From an uncultured Arcobacter sp. (GTDB lineage Bacteria; Campylobacterota; Campylobacteria; Campylobacterales; Arcobacteraceae), in NCBI GenBank assembly GCA_965140705.1, contig OZ223300.1:448001-512000 (forward strand): a stretch of 64,000 nucleotides of DNA. Direction: 5' to 3'. Within the stretch, counting starts at the first letter, position 1; the number at the start of each line of letters is the position of its first letter. Shown here piece after piece: positions 1 through 9,755 of this stretch. The position numbers and the translations under genes are program-made. The notes under the pieces are model-generated. The model was not told the DNA's origin. It made no database searches and worked only from the letters and a program-made list of their open reading frames with translations.

Positions 1-218
1 AAGTAAGTTTAGTAGGTCCTAAGCGACCTATGAAGAAAAGAGAAGCAAAAGATGTAAATAAAAAAGAGTTTGGAATAGTTTGGGTATTAAAAGATAATAA
101 ACCACAAAAATTAAGAGTAAAAGTATTAGATACAAATGGTACCCTAACAAGTGTTGAATCAAATGAGTTAAAAGTTGGCGATGAAGTAATTGTTTCTCAA
201 AGTAGTGATAATGAATGA
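1..218 (+). CDS. Partial (3' end) efflux periplasmic adaptor subunit, MacA-like
   Basis: Frame is open from the window start (VSLVGPKRPM...). C-terminus (VWVLKDNKP...LKVGDEVIV) is typical of membrane-fusion proteins. Directly upstream of an ABC ATPase and permease. Confidence 0.75.
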   Translation, partial: VSLVGPKRPMKKREAKDVNKKEFGIVWVLKDNKPQKLRVKVLDTNGTLTSVESNELKVGDEVIVSQSSDNE

Positions 219-915
219 TAATGAAGTAATAATTGAGTTTAAAAATATAGTTAAAACCTATGGAAAAGGGGAAGCTAAAACCTATGCTCTAAATGGAATA
301 AATCTTGCCATAAAAAAAGGAGAGTTTATTTCAATTATGGGTTCAAGTGGAAGTGGAAAATCCACATCTATGAATATAATAGGATGTTTGGATTCTCCAA
401 GTAGTGGGGAATATTTATTTAATAATATAAACGTAGAAAAACTAAATCGAAATCAATTGGCATTGATACGAAAAAATTATATTGGTTTTGTTTTTCAAGG
501 TTTTAATTTACTTGGAAGAACAAGTGCTTTAGAGAATGTTGAGTTACCTTTAATATATAGAAAAGTCCCTTCTAAACAAAGAAAAGAATTAGCAATGAAT
601 GCTCTAAAAAAAGTAGGTTTAGAAAGTGTTTCTCACCATGCACCATCACAACTTTCAGGTGGACAACAACAACGTGTTGCCATTGCACGGGCTTTAGTAT
701 CAGACCCTTTGATACTTTTAGCAGATGAACCAACTGGAAATTTAGATAGTATAAAAAGTGTTGAGATTTTAAATTTGTTAAAACAGTTAAATGAAGAATT
801 AAATATTACAATTATTATGGTAACCCATGAAGAAGAGATGGCAGCATATTCAAATAGAATAATTTATTTTAGAGATGGGCATATTGATGATAGTTTGAAA
901 AGAGGATTTAAATAA
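211..915 (+). CDS. ABC transporter ATP-binding protein, MacB/LolD family
   Basis: Walker [10 protein letters not shown], signature [15 protein letters not shown], Walker [13 protein letters not shown]-loop VTHE. ATG 211 preferred over TTG 190. Confidence 0.93.
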   Translation: MNDNEVIIEFKNIVKTYGKGEAKTYALNGINLAIKKGEFISIMGSSGSGKSTSMNIIGCLDSPSSGEYLFNNINVEKLNRNQLALIRKNYIGFVFQGFNLLGRTSALENVELPLIYRKVPSKQRKELAMNALKKVGLESVSHHAPSQLSGGQQQRVAIARALVSDPLILLADEPTGNLDSIKSVEILNLLKQLNEELNITIIMVTHEEEMAAYSNRIIYFRDGHIDDSLKRGFK

Positions 916-2126
916 TGTTATTAAAAGCCTTTTTAATTGCTATAAAAGAGATAAGAAGAAATATTTTGCGTTCTATTTTAACTGTCTTAGGAATAGTAAT
1001 AGGGGTTGCTTCTGTTATTGGTATGGTGATGCTTGGAGATGGAACAACAGCTAGTGTAAAAGCAAACATAGAAAAGCTTGGAACAAATATGTTAATACTT
1101 CGAGTAGGACAAGAGCGAAGAGGGGGACCACGAACTGACAACAGTGCAAAACCTTTTAAGCTTACTGATGTAACTGCCATAAAAAATCAAGTAGATAATC
1201 TAAAAGCAGTGGCACCTGATAATAGTACAGGGGTCAATTTAATTTATTTAAATAAAAGTTATACCTCAAGTGTGGTTGGGACAAATAATGATTATTTTGT
1301 TATAAAAGATTGGAAATTAAAAGATGGAAGATATTTTGATGAGAGTGAATTAAATAGTGGAAAGTCATCTTGTATTTTGGGTACAACTATTGTAAAACAA
1401 CTTTTTGGAGATGAAAATCCTGTAGGTGCAAAAATTAGATTAAAAAGCTTTTCTTGTAATGTTATTGGAGTTTTAGAGTCAAAAGGTGCCTCAACTTTTG
1501 GACAGGATCAAGATGAGATAGTTGTGGTTCCTATACGAATGCTACAAAGAAAGATACAAGGAAATAAAGATGTAAAATCCATAGTTATTTCTGTAAATTC
1601 AAATAAGAATATAAAAAGAGCTAAAGAAGATATAAAACTTTTAATGCAAGATAGAAGAGCTATAAAAGTAGGTGAAAGTGATAACTTTTATATAAGAGAT
1701 ATGGAAGACTTACTCTCATCTATGACTTCAACTACAAAGATGCTTACTTATTTATTGGGCTCAATAGCAGCAATTAGTCTGCTTGTTGGAGGTATTGGTA
1801 TTATGAATATTATGCTTGTATCTGTAACTGAGCGAACAAAAGAGATAGGTATTAGACTTGCAATTGGTGCAATGGAGAGTGAAGTTTTACTTCAATTCTT
1901 AGTTGAAGCCATAGTTTTATCTACACTTGGTGGAATTATTGGGATAATTTTAGGTATTAGTATAGGTTATATTGGTGTTTCATCTTTTGACTTACCCTTT
2001 ATAATAAATGAAAAAATAATCCTAATTGCCTTTTTCTTTTCTACTCTTATAGGAGTTGTCTTTGGATATTTCCCCGCAAGAAAAGCTGCAAGGCTTAACC
2101 CTATTGATGCATTAAGATATGAATAA
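915..2126 (+). CDS. ABC transporter permease, MacB/FtsX family
   Basis: RSILTVLGIVIGVASV, GGIGIMNIMLVSVTERTKEIGIRLAIGA, PARKAARLNPIDALRYE. Confidence 0.93.
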   Translation: MLLKAFLIAIKEIRRNILRSILTVLGIVIGVASVIGMVMLGDGTTASVKANIEKLGTNMLILRVGQERRGGPRTDNSAKPFKLTDVTAIKNQVDNLKAVAPDNSTGVNLIYLNKSYTSSVVGTNNDYFVIKDWKLKDGRYFDESELNSGKSSCILGTTIVKQLFGDENPVGAKIRLKSFSCNVIGVLESKGASTFGQDQDEIVVVPIRMLQRKIQGNKDVKSIVISVNSNKNIKRAKEDIKLLMQDRRAIKVGESDNFYIRDMEDLLSSMTSTTKMLTYLLGSIAAISLLVGGIGIMNIMLVSVTERTKEIGIRLAIGAMESEVLLQFLVEAIVLSTLGGIIGIILGISIGYIGVSSFDLPFIINEKIILIAFFFSTLIGVVFGYFPARKAARLNPIDALRYE

Positions 2127-2131
2127 TAAAT

Positions 2132-2150
2132 AATTATAATAACGATTATC
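2132..2150 (+). promoter_or_regulatory. Fur-box-like site
   Basis: AATTATAATAACGATTATC matches GATAATGATAATCATTATC at 14/19. It precedes an extended -10 (TGtTAATAT 2179-2187) and an iron-uptake operon. Confidence 0.65.
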
Positions 2151-2240
2151 AGTTTTAATAAGTAATTAAGCTTAGCTCTGTTAATATCCCATTAATTTTT
2201 AGTTAACTATATTAGCTAAATATAAAAATGAGGTATTAAT

Positions 2241-2375
2241 GTGAGTGAGAATAAAGATAAAAAAATTGAATCAAAAGAGATTTTTAAAGATGGTAAATCA
2301 ATCAAAATTTTGCATGATGGACAATCTTATTATCTAAAAATCACAAAATCAAATAAATTAATACTCACAAAATAA
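2241..2375 (+). CDS. hemP: Hemin uptake/regulatory protein HemP (HmuP) family, 44 aa; not in ORF track
   Basis: GTG start with GAGGT RBS at 2230-2234. Translation MSENKDKKIESKEIFKDGKSIKILHDGQSYYLKITKSNKLILTK has the HemP pattern I.H.G..Y.L..T...KLILTK. Confidence 0.88.
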   Translation: MSENKDKKIESKEIFKDGKSIKILHDGQSYYLKITKSNKLILTK

Positions 2376-2382
2376 ACTAATC

Positions 2383-2418
2383 TAGCCAGCAAAAGTAATT
2401 TTTTTACACATAGCCAGC
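2383..2418 (+). repeat. TAGCCAGC direct repeat (2383-2390, 2411-2418) in the TonB receptor leader
   Basis: Two identical GC-rich 8-mers 28 bp apart in an otherwise very AT-rich spacer. Confidence 0.7.
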
Positions 2419-2490
2419 CAAAAATCAAATTAAATCTTTTTAAATAGTAAATTTTTTCTATTTAAGACTTTTATTTCTTGGAGGAAATGA

Positions 2491-4773
2491 GTGAAAAAAC
2501 ATATTGTAAGTAAAAAACATAAAACAACAAATTATTTAGGCGCATCAGTTGTAACGGCTAGTGTCTTATTATCAAGTCCAATTAGTCTAAATGCTGATTC
2601 TAGTTCGTCAAAATCTACAGTTTTACCTATTAATGTAGTAGGAACAAAAGAAAAAGAACAAAACTATACTAATAGTTATAAAGTAGATAGATCTTCATCT
2701 TCAAAGATTACACAGGATTTATTAGACACTCCCCAAACAATAAGTGTGGTGACTGAAAAAGTTTTAAAAGAACAACAAGCGACAACGCTTCAAGAGGCTT
2801 TACGAAATACTCCTGGTATTACTTTAAACTTAGGTGAAAATGGTAATACTGATCAAAAGAATAATATTATGATGAGAGGTTTTGATAGCCAATCAAGTAT
2901 TTATAAAGATGGGGTAAGAGATAGTTCAAATGCAGTTAAGGATATGTATAATACTGAAGCAGTAGAGATTACAAAAGGGGCAGTTGGAGCTGATAATGGA
3001 AGAGGTGTTTCCTCTGGGTATATTAATCAAGTAACTAAAAAAGCTAAAAATAAAGATGCAGCTGAAATAAATTTAGGTTACAGTACAGGGAAAAATGGAA
3101 GAGTTACAACTGATATTAATAAAAAGCTAAATGAAACTACTGGTTTAAGAATAAACCTATTAAAACAAAAAGGTGATGTAGTAGGAAGAGATGTTGTAGA
3201 AATAGATAGAACAGGAATAGCCGCTTCATTGGGGTTTGGAATTGGTACAAACACAAGAACTACAATTAATTATGAAAGATTTAAACAGGATGATATTCCA
3301 GATGGTGGAATTCCAACAATAGGTTTAGATAGTGTTCATATTTCAGCCTTAGAAGCTGCTGGAATTTCTCCAAGTGAAGTAGATAGGAAAAACTATTATG
3401 GAAGTGATTCTGATTTTGAAAAAGCAACATCAGATGTATATAGTTTAGATTTTGAACATGACTTTTCAACAACTACAACATTAAGTAATATCACGAAATA
3501 TACGAAAACAAAACAAGAAATGATAATAAGTGCTTTATTATCTCCTACTATTACAAATGTAAATGATCCTAGTACTTGGACTATAAATAGACTTTCTAAT
3601 CAAAAATGGGAAGAAAATGAAGTTTTAGTAAATAAAACGAATCTTATAACAAGTTTTGAAACAGGTTCTATTGGACATAGTTTAAGTACAGGGTTAGAGT
3701 ATATAAAAGAAAAAAAGAGATCAAAGGCTTATAAAAATGCTGGAGATAGGAAGGATATAAATATATATAATCCAAGTAACTCTGTTACTGGAAGAGATTT
3801 ATCGATGAATCCTAAAAATATTGTAGGTGAAGTGGAAACTGTGGGTATATATTTATTTGATTCTATTTCTTTAAGTGACAAATTTATGCTTATAGGTGGA
3901 GGAAGACTTGATAGATATGAATTAAAACAATCAGGAACAAATGTTACTACTCCAAGAGGAGGAGGGGCTGCAACAATTTCGCAAGTTAATGAAAAAGATA
4001 GTGGTACTTTAAAGAGTTGGAAATTAGGTCTTGTATATAAACCACTAGAAAATGGAAGTATATATATATCACATGCCACTTCACAATTACAACCAGGTGG
4101 AAATACATTAGCTTTTAGAGCAGACTCAACAAGAGGACCTAGTCAATCTGATCCAAATAAAGATCCAGAAGAATCAACAACAAGTGAATTAGGTACAAAA
4201 TGGGATTTTTTAGATAATAGATTATCTTTAACAGCAGCTATCTATAGAACTTTAGTAAAAAATCAAGTAACTACTGAATCTGATGGAACATACACCCAAG
4301 AAGGTGAAAAAGAGGTTAAAGGTATTGAATTAGGAGTTGTAGGTCAAATTACTGATAAATTTTCAATTAGTGCAGGATTTGCTAAAGATAAAACAGATGT
4401 AAAAAGTAAAGGAGCTAGTGATGATGGTGCTGCTTTAAGATTTACACCTGATTGGAGTGCAACCTTATGGAGTACTTATAATTTTACTCCAGCTTTTACT
4501 GTAGGATTGGGTGCTACATATATGGGTAAACAAAAAGTTTCATCATCTAAATCAGGGCAAGATACTCCTATAAATGGAAGACTAACTGAAATTGATGATT
4601 TCTTAGTATTTAATACAATGGCTTCATACAAAATAGATAAACATTCATCTTTGCAGTTAAATGTTTATAATATTGCAGATGAAGAGTATGTGGCAAATAC
4701 TAATAAAGATGGATTTAGATATACCCCAGGGGCTGCGAGATCAGCTTTATTAACTTATAGTTATAAATTTTAA
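2491..4773 (+). CDS. TonB-dependent siderophore receptor, Fiu/PiuA-like
   Basis: Plug DTPQTISVV...LQEALRNTPGIT.NLGENG, MRGFD, EAVEITKG; C-terminal YSYKF; GGAGG RBS; followed by piuC. Confidence 0.9.
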   Translation: MKKHIVSKKHKTTNYLGASVVTASVLLSSPISLNADSSSSKSTVLPINVVGTKEKEQNYTNSYKVDRSSSSKITQDLLDTPQTISVVTEKVLKEQQATTLQEALRNTPGITLNLGENGNTDQKNNIMMRGFDSQSSIYKDGVRDSSNAVKDMYNTEAVEITKGAVGADNGRGVSSGYINQVTKKAKNKDAAEINLGYSTGKNGRVTTDINKKLNETTGLRINLLKQKGDVVGRDVVEIDRTGIAASLGFGIGTNTRTTINYERFKQDDIPDGGIPTIGLDSVHISALEAAGISPSEVDRKNYYGSDSDFEKATSDVYSLDFEHDFSTTTTLSNITKYTKTKQEMIISALLSPTITNVNDPSTWTINRLSNQKWEENEVLVNKTNLITSFETGSIGHSLSTGLEYIKEKKRSKAYKNAGDRKDINIYNPSNSVTGRDLSMNPKNIVGEVETVGIYLFDSISLSDKFMLIGGGRLDRYELKQSGTNVTTPRGGGAATISQVNEKDSGTLKSWKLGLVYKPLENGSIYISHATSQLQPGGNTLAFRADSTRGPSQSDPNKDPEESTTSELGTKWDFLDNRLSLTAAIYRTLVKNQVTTESDGTYTQEGEKEVKGIELGVVGQITDKFSISAGFAKDKTDVKSKGASDDGAALRFTPDWSATLWSTYNFTPAFTVGLGATYMGKQKVSSSKSGQDTPINGRLTEIDDFLVFNTMASYKIDKHSSLQLNVYNIADEEYVANTNKDGFRYTPGAARSALLTYSYKF

Positions 4774-4780
4774 TCAAAAA

Positions 4781-4798
4781 TAGTCCCTTTGGGGACTA
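4781..4798 (+). terminator. Intercistronic stem-loop (partial terminator or mRNA stabiliser)
   Basis: TAGTCCC-TTTG-GGGACTA followed by only a short T run. Confidence 0.55.
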
Positions 4799-4817
4799 CT
4801 TTACAAAAAGGAAAAAA

Positions 4818-5498
4818 ATGCTTTTACACATACCAAATGTATTAACAAAGGAACAAGTTTTTGAGTGCAGAAAACTCTTAGATGAAGCTACTTGGGTAGA
4901 TGGAAAATTAACAGCTGGAAGTCAAGCTGTTAATGTAAAAAGTAATCTACAACTTGCTGAAAATGATCCTTTGTTAAAACATTTAAGAGATATGATTACT
5001 TCAAGTTTAAAATCAAATCCACTTTTTGTATCAGCTGCTTTACCAAATCACATTATTTCACCTTTTATAAATAGATATGAAAACAGTGGTGAATATGGAA
5101 ACCATGTAGATAATTCAATTTTATATGATACTACTGTTGGTAAAAGTTTCCGTACTGATATCTCTAGTTCACTATTTTTTACAGATCCTGATGAGTATGA
5201 AGGTGGAGAGATGATTATAGAAGATACCTTTGGAACCCACGAAGTAAAACTTCCAGCTGGAGATTTATTACTTTATCCCTCAACAAGTTTACATAGGGTT
5301 GAGCCAGTCACTAAAGGTGTTCGAATGGTAAGTTTTATGTGGACTCAAAGTATGATTAGAAGTGCTTGGAAAAGAAGTATTTTATTTGAACTTGATAATA
5401 CAATTCAAAGTTTAAGGTCAAAATATGGAGAGACTAAAGAAGCTGTAGATTTATCAATTCATTATCATAAACTAATTCAAGAATGGGCGGAACTTTGA
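4818..5498 (+). CDS. piuC: PKHD-type Fe(II)/2-oxoglutarate hydroxylase, PiuC/YbiX family
   Basis: WVDGKLTAG.QA..VK.NLQL, YGNHVDN, YEGGEM.IEDTFG, YPSTSLHRVEPVT.G.R, WTQSMIR. Confidence 0.9.
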   Translation: MLLHIPNVLTKEQVFECRKLLDEATWVDGKLTAGSQAVNVKSNLQLAENDPLLKHLRDMITSSLKSNPLFVSAALPNHIISPFINRYENSGEYGNHVDNSILYDTTVGKSFRTDISSSLFFTDPDEYEGGEMIIEDTFGTHEVKLPAGDLLLYPSTSLHRVEPVTKGVRMVSFMWTQSMIRSAWKRSILFELDNTIQSLRSKYGETKEAVDLSIHYHKLIQEWAEL

Positions 5499-5499
5499 A

Positions 5500-6597
5500 T
5501 TGAATACAATAGAGCCAAAACTAGATTATATTCCAAATGAGATTGTTTGTGTTGATGATTATGAAAGCTTTGCAAAATCTAGAGTAGATACAAATGCTTG
5601 GGCTTATATTTCATCTGCTTCAGCAGATGAAATAACTTATAAAGCTAATAAGCAAGCATTTGATAAAATATCTCTTTTAAGCAGAACATTAGAAGATTTA
5701 AAAGGTGGGAACACAAAGTTAAGTTTATTTGGGCAAGAGTATGCACATCCTATTTTTTTAGCTCCTGTTGCTTATCAAAAATTAGTTCATATTGATGGTG
5801 AAATTGCAAGTGCCCAAGCTGCTAATGCCATGGAAGCCTGTATGATGTTAAGTGGCTTTTCAAGTACTTCTTTAGAAGAGATAAGTACCTATTCCAACTC
5901 ACCTTTATGGTTTCAATTATATATGCAAATAGATATGAATGATAATTTATTTCTAATAAAAAAAGCTGAAAGCTTAGGTTATAAGGCACTAGTGATTACA
6001 ATAGATGCTCCAATTGCAGGAATTAGAAATAAAGAACAAAAAGCAGGCTTTGCCTTACCTTCTCATATAGAAGCTGTAAATTTACGAGGAATGAAGCAGT
6101 TAGATTTAGATTTGAAAGAAGTTCAAAGTACTATTTTTGATGGGATTATGGTACATTCCCCTACTTGGGAAGATATTAAGTTTATAAAAGAAAATACAAA
6201 GTTACCAGTTATTTTAAAAGGTATTACACATCCATCATATGCAAAAAAAGCAGTTGAGCTTGGGATTGATGGTATTATTGTTTCAAATCATGGGGGAAGA
6301 ATTTTAGATACTCTTGTTTCTACAATTGATATTTTACCAAAGATTGTAGAGGTAGTTGATGGGGAAATCCCAGTTTTATTAGATGGAGGAATTAGAAGGG
6401 GAACTGATATAATAAAAGCTCTTGCTTTTGGAGCAAGTGCTGTTTTAATCGGCAGACCAATTATGTTCGCTCTTGCTACATCAGGAGCTTTAGGTGTAGC
6501 ACATATTTTAAAAATACTAAAAGATGAGTTAGAAGTTTCTATGGCACTTACAGGGTGTAAAACCCTTAAAGATATTACAAAAGAGATTTTATATTAG
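5500..6597 (+). CDS. FMN-dependent alpha-hydroxy-acid oxidase/dehydrogenase
   Basis: WFQLY, LVITIDAP..GIR, ILKGI, VSNHGGR, DGGIRRGTD, GRP. Confidence 0.9.
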   Translation: MNTIEPKLDYIPNEIVCVDDYESFAKSRVDTNAWAYISSASADEITYKANKQAFDKISLLSRTLEDLKGGNTKLSLFGQEYAHPIFLAPVAYQKLVHIDGEIASAQAANAMEACMMLSGFSSTSLEEISTYSNSPLWFQLYMQIDMNDNLFLIKKAESLGYKALVITIDAPIAGIRNKEQKAGFALPSHIEAVNLRGMKQLDLDLKEVQSTIFDGIMVHSPTWEDIKFIKENTKLPVILKGITHPSYAKKAVELGIDGIIVSNHGGRILDTLVSTIDILPKIVEVVDGEIPVLLDGGIRRGTDIIKALAFGASAVLIGRPIMFALATSGALGVAHILKILKDELEVSMALTGCKTLKDITKEILY

Positions 6598-6610
6598 AAA
6601 AAGGACTTAA

Positions 6611-7741
6611 ATGCATAAAAAATTTTTGTTTAAAGTACATATGATTTTAGGCTTGACAGCTGGAGTTATTTTATTAATTATGGGAATAACAGGAGCAATG
6701 CTATCTTATCAAAAAGAGATATTAAAATATATAAATAAAGATAGTTTTATAGTAGAAGTTCCAAGTACAAAAAGATTATCTGCAAAAGAGATATTAGAAA
6801 AATTTGAGCAAAAATTTCCAGATGCTAAAATAAATGCATTTATTTTTTCTAGTAGTGCAAATAGATCTGTAGTTATTAATGTAAAAGCTAATGGTGAAGG
6901 AAAACAAGCAAGAAGGGGAATAAATTATTATATTAATCCCTATACATCAGAAGTTTTACCAAGCACACAAGGCTATACATTTTTTAAACTTATTGAAAGA
7001 ATTCATAGGGGATTGATAATTGGAGAAGTTGGAAAACAAATAAGTGGAATCTGTACTTTTGCTCTATTAATACTTATGTTTAGTGGAATATATGTCTACT
7101 GGAAAAGAGTAAAAAATTCATTTTTCAAAAGTTTTACCTTTAGTTTTAAGGATAAAAAAAGAGCATTTTTATCAAATATACATTTTGCAATTGGAATGTG
7201 GGTAATACCATTTTATTTGTTATTATGTATTACAGGTGTTACTATGACATATGATTGGGTAAAAGATGGCTTATATAAAGTTTCAGGGGTTGAAAAACCT
7301 ATACGACAAAAAAGAATGCCAACACCAAAAAATAAAAAAGGTGAAGTTACAGCTTCTATATCAAATGGTGATGTAGAAAAAATAGTTCAACTATTTAATA
7401 AGAATGTCAAAGAGTATGAAAATGCTACTTTACAAATTGGCAAAAAAAGTGATGTAGTAAAAATAAGTTATTTTGCAAAAAATGCAATTCATGATAGGGC
7501 AAGAAGTGAGATAACATTAGATACAAAAACAAATAAAGTCATAAAAAATGATAAATTTGAAGATAAAGCTTTAAATGATAGATTAATGAGAAGTATTATT
7601 TCTCTTCATACAGGAGAATATTTTGGTCTTTTAGTTCAAGGAATATTAGGAATATCATCCCTAATGATGGTACTATTTACAATAACTGGTTTTATGATGT
7701 ATTTTAAAAGAAAAGAAAAAAAATCAGTCAAAAAAATATAA
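6611..7741 (+). CDS. PepSY-associated TM helix protein (PiuB-like)
   Basis: H.ILGL...GITG, YINPYT, IH.GL, SGIYVYW, NIHFAIG, SLHTGEYFG, ITGFMMY. Confidence 0.85.
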   Translation: MHKKFLFKVHMILGLTAGVILLIMGITGAMLSYQKEILKYINKDSFIVEVPSTKRLSAKEILEKFEQKFPDAKINAFIFSSSANRSVVINVKANGEGKQARRGINYYINPYTSEVLPSTQGYTFFKLIERIHRGLIIGEVGKQISGICTFALLILMFSGIYVYWKRVKNSFFKSFTFSFKDKKRAFLSNIHFAIGMWVIPFYLLLCITGVTMTYDWVKDGLYKVSGVEKPIRQKRMPTPKNKKGEVTASISNGDVEKIVQLFNKNVKEYENATLQIGKKSDVVKISYFAKNAIHDRARSEITLDTKTNKVIKNDKFEDKALNDRLMRSIISLHTGEYFGLLVQGILGISSLMMVLFTITGFMMYFKRKEKKSVKKI

Positions 7742-7744
7742 ATT

Positions 7745-7780
7745 TATAAAAAGAAGTTGTTGGAAAACACTTCTTTTATA
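7745..7780. terminator. Bidirectional terminator-like hairpin between convergent genes
   Basis: TATAAAAAGAAGT...ACTTCTTTTATA. Confidence 0.55.
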
Positions 7781-7781
7781 T

Positions 7782-8243
7782 TCATTTCCTATATGAAAAA
7801 TATTCTTCATTAACTTTTTGAAAGTTACTGTTTCCAGTAATTGTAATATCTTGAGAATTATTTGACGAAATAATATTAGCAGGAGTTAAAGAGTATCTTA
7901 AATAATATGTTTTATTTTTTTCAATATTTATTTTAACTTTACCATCTTCCAAACCTGGCATAAATAAAATTGAATCCTTTACCGTAAAAATATGTTCTCC
8001 TGGAATAACTTTAATTACTAGTTCTTGACCTGTGCCTAATTTTCCTATATATTTTTCATCAATATAAAAAAATGGTTTTTCTGGATTGAACATATGAAAT
8101 GATGAATTTGTTCTATAAATATATACTGTGGCTAATTCTGTATTTTTTATCGAACTTGGTATTTGATAAGTGTTATTTTTACTGCAACTTGATAATAAAA
8201 TTACACTAAAAAATAGTAAAAAGTTTAATAAGACTTTTTTCAT
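7782..8243 (-). CDS. Lipoprotein, DUF2846-like
   Basis: Lipobox LLSSC; ATVYIYR, IGKL, PGEH, KTYYLR pattern. Confidence 0.7.
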   Translation of the reverse strand: MKKVLLNFLLFFSVILLSSCSKNNTYQIPSSIKNTELATVYIYRTNSSFHMFNPEKPFFYIDEKYIGKLGTGQELVIKVIPGEHIFTVKDSILFMPGLEDGKVKINIEKNKTYYLRYSLTPANIISSNNSQDITITGNSNFQKVNEEYFSYRK

Positions 8244-8358
8244 GGTTTTCCTTTTTATAAATTGTAATTATTTTACAATAGGTATATTTTAATTTTAATG
8301 ATAAATAGTATAAATTTTATAATTTAGAATAAAATAATTGGTATTTTCATATTAACAT

Positions 8359-8399
8359 ACAAAAAACACCTACTAATTAGCTATTTTTCTTAGTAATAT
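8359..8399 (+). promoter_or_regulatory. Stress-cluster promoter motif copy 1 (photolyase operon)
   Basis: ACAAAAAACACCTACTAAT (8359-8377), 16 nt, then TAATAT (8394-8399). Confidence 0.6.
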
Positions 8400-8423
8400 A
8401 AATAAAAAACTAGGGAAATAGCT

Positions 8424-9755
8424 TTGAGACAAATACTTTGGTTCAGACGTGATTTAAGAATTATTGATAATAAAATTTTAGAAAAAGCATCCAATGAAGT
8501 ACTGCCTATATTTATTTTCGATAAAAATATTTTAGAAAAACTAGATTTTGATGATAAAAGGGTTACTTTTATTTATGATGCAGTATTAGCTTTAAAAAAA
8601 TCACTCCAAGAGCTTGGATTAGATTTATATATCTTTTTTGATATTCCTAAAAATGTATTTACTAAATTAAAAAATGAAGGTTTTGATGAAGTCTTATGTT
8701 CATGTGATTTTGACTCTTATTCAATAAAAAGAGATAAACAGATAAATGAAATATTGCCTTTAAAAAGATATTTAGACTCATTTTTAATCAATCCAAATAA
8801 AAACCTGAAAAAAGATGGAACACCTTATAAAGTATTTACTCCTTTTTACAAATCTCTATCTTGGTTAAGTTCATCAGATAAAATAGGTGAAGCTATGATA
8901 AATCCAAATTTAAAGTTATGTAAATATGAAAATAAAATTTCTACCTTAGAAGAGTTGGGATTTAAAAGAGCTGATTTACCAGAGTTTTTAAAAAAATCAC
9001 CACAAAACAGGTTAGATGATTTTAAAGAAAAAGTTAAAGAATATGAGAAAAATAGAGATATCTTTTACAAAGATGGAACTTCAAATTTAGGAGTTGATTT
9101 AAGATTTGGAACCCTATCTCCTAGAATGATTTTTAATGAAATAAAAAAATCAGATAAAGAAAATAGTGAAGCTTTTATTAGACAACTTTTTTGGAGAGAG
9201 TTTTATAATTATATTTTATTTCATTTTCCAAATAGTGAAAATAAAAACTGGAATGGTATTGAAATCTCTTGGAGTGAAGATGAAGAAAGTTTTCAAAAAT
9301 GGTGTGAAGGGGAAACAGGAGTACCTATAATAGATGCAGCCATGAGACATTTTAATAAAACAGGTATGATACACAATCGACTTAGAATGATTGTCTCTTC
9401 TTTTTTATGTAAAAATTTATTAATTGATTGGAAAAAAGGGGAGCAATATTTTGCAAAAAAACTGCTTGATTATGAGGCAAGCTCAAATATTGGCTCATGG
9501 CAATGGGCTGCAAGTACAGGGGCTGATAGTGTACCATATTTTAGAATCTTTAATCCATACTTACAATCAGCAAAATTTGATAAAGAAGCTATATTTATAA
9601 AAAGTGTAATACCTGAACTAAAAAATGTGGATGCCAAATTAATACATCTTGAGGGAGCTTTAAAAGATAAATATATAAGTCCAATAATAGATATTAAATA
9701 CTCAAGAGATAGGGCAATGAGAATTTTTAAAGAGGCAAAAAATGCAAAAGTATGA
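8424..9755 (+). CDS. phrB: Deoxyribodipyrimidine photolyase / cryptochrome family
   Basis: WFRRDLR, YKVFTPF, FIRQLFWREFY, TGVPIIDAAMR, HNRLRMIV, NIGSWQW, PYFRIFNP. Confidence 0.92.
   Translation: MRQILWFRRDLRIIDNKILEKASNEVLPIFIFDKNILEKLDFDDKRVTFIYDAVLALKKSLQELGLDLYIFFDIPKNVFTKLKNEGFDEVLCSCDFDSYSIKRDKQINEILPLKRYLDSFLINPNKNLKKDGTPYKVFTPFYKSLSWLSSSDKIGEAMINPNLKLCKYENKISTLEELGFKRADLPEFLKKSPQNRLDDFKEKVKEYEKNRDIFYKDGTSNLGVDLRFGTLSPRMIFNEIKKSDKENSEAFIRQLFWREFYNYILFHFPNSENKNWNGIEISWSEDEESFQKWCEGETGVPIIDAAMRHFNKTGMIHNRLRMIVSSFLCKNLLIDWKKGEQYFAKKLLDYEASSNIGSWQWAASTGADSVPYFRIFNPYLQSAKFDKEAIFIKSVIPELKNVDAKLIHLEGALKDKYISPIIDIKYSRDRAMRIFKEAKNAKV

Noticed and set aside
2491..4773. Calling the TonB receptor a heme receptor because of hemP
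   Set aside because: No FRAP/NPNL heme-receptor motifs; plug sequence and the piuC/piuB context fit the Fiu/PiuA type
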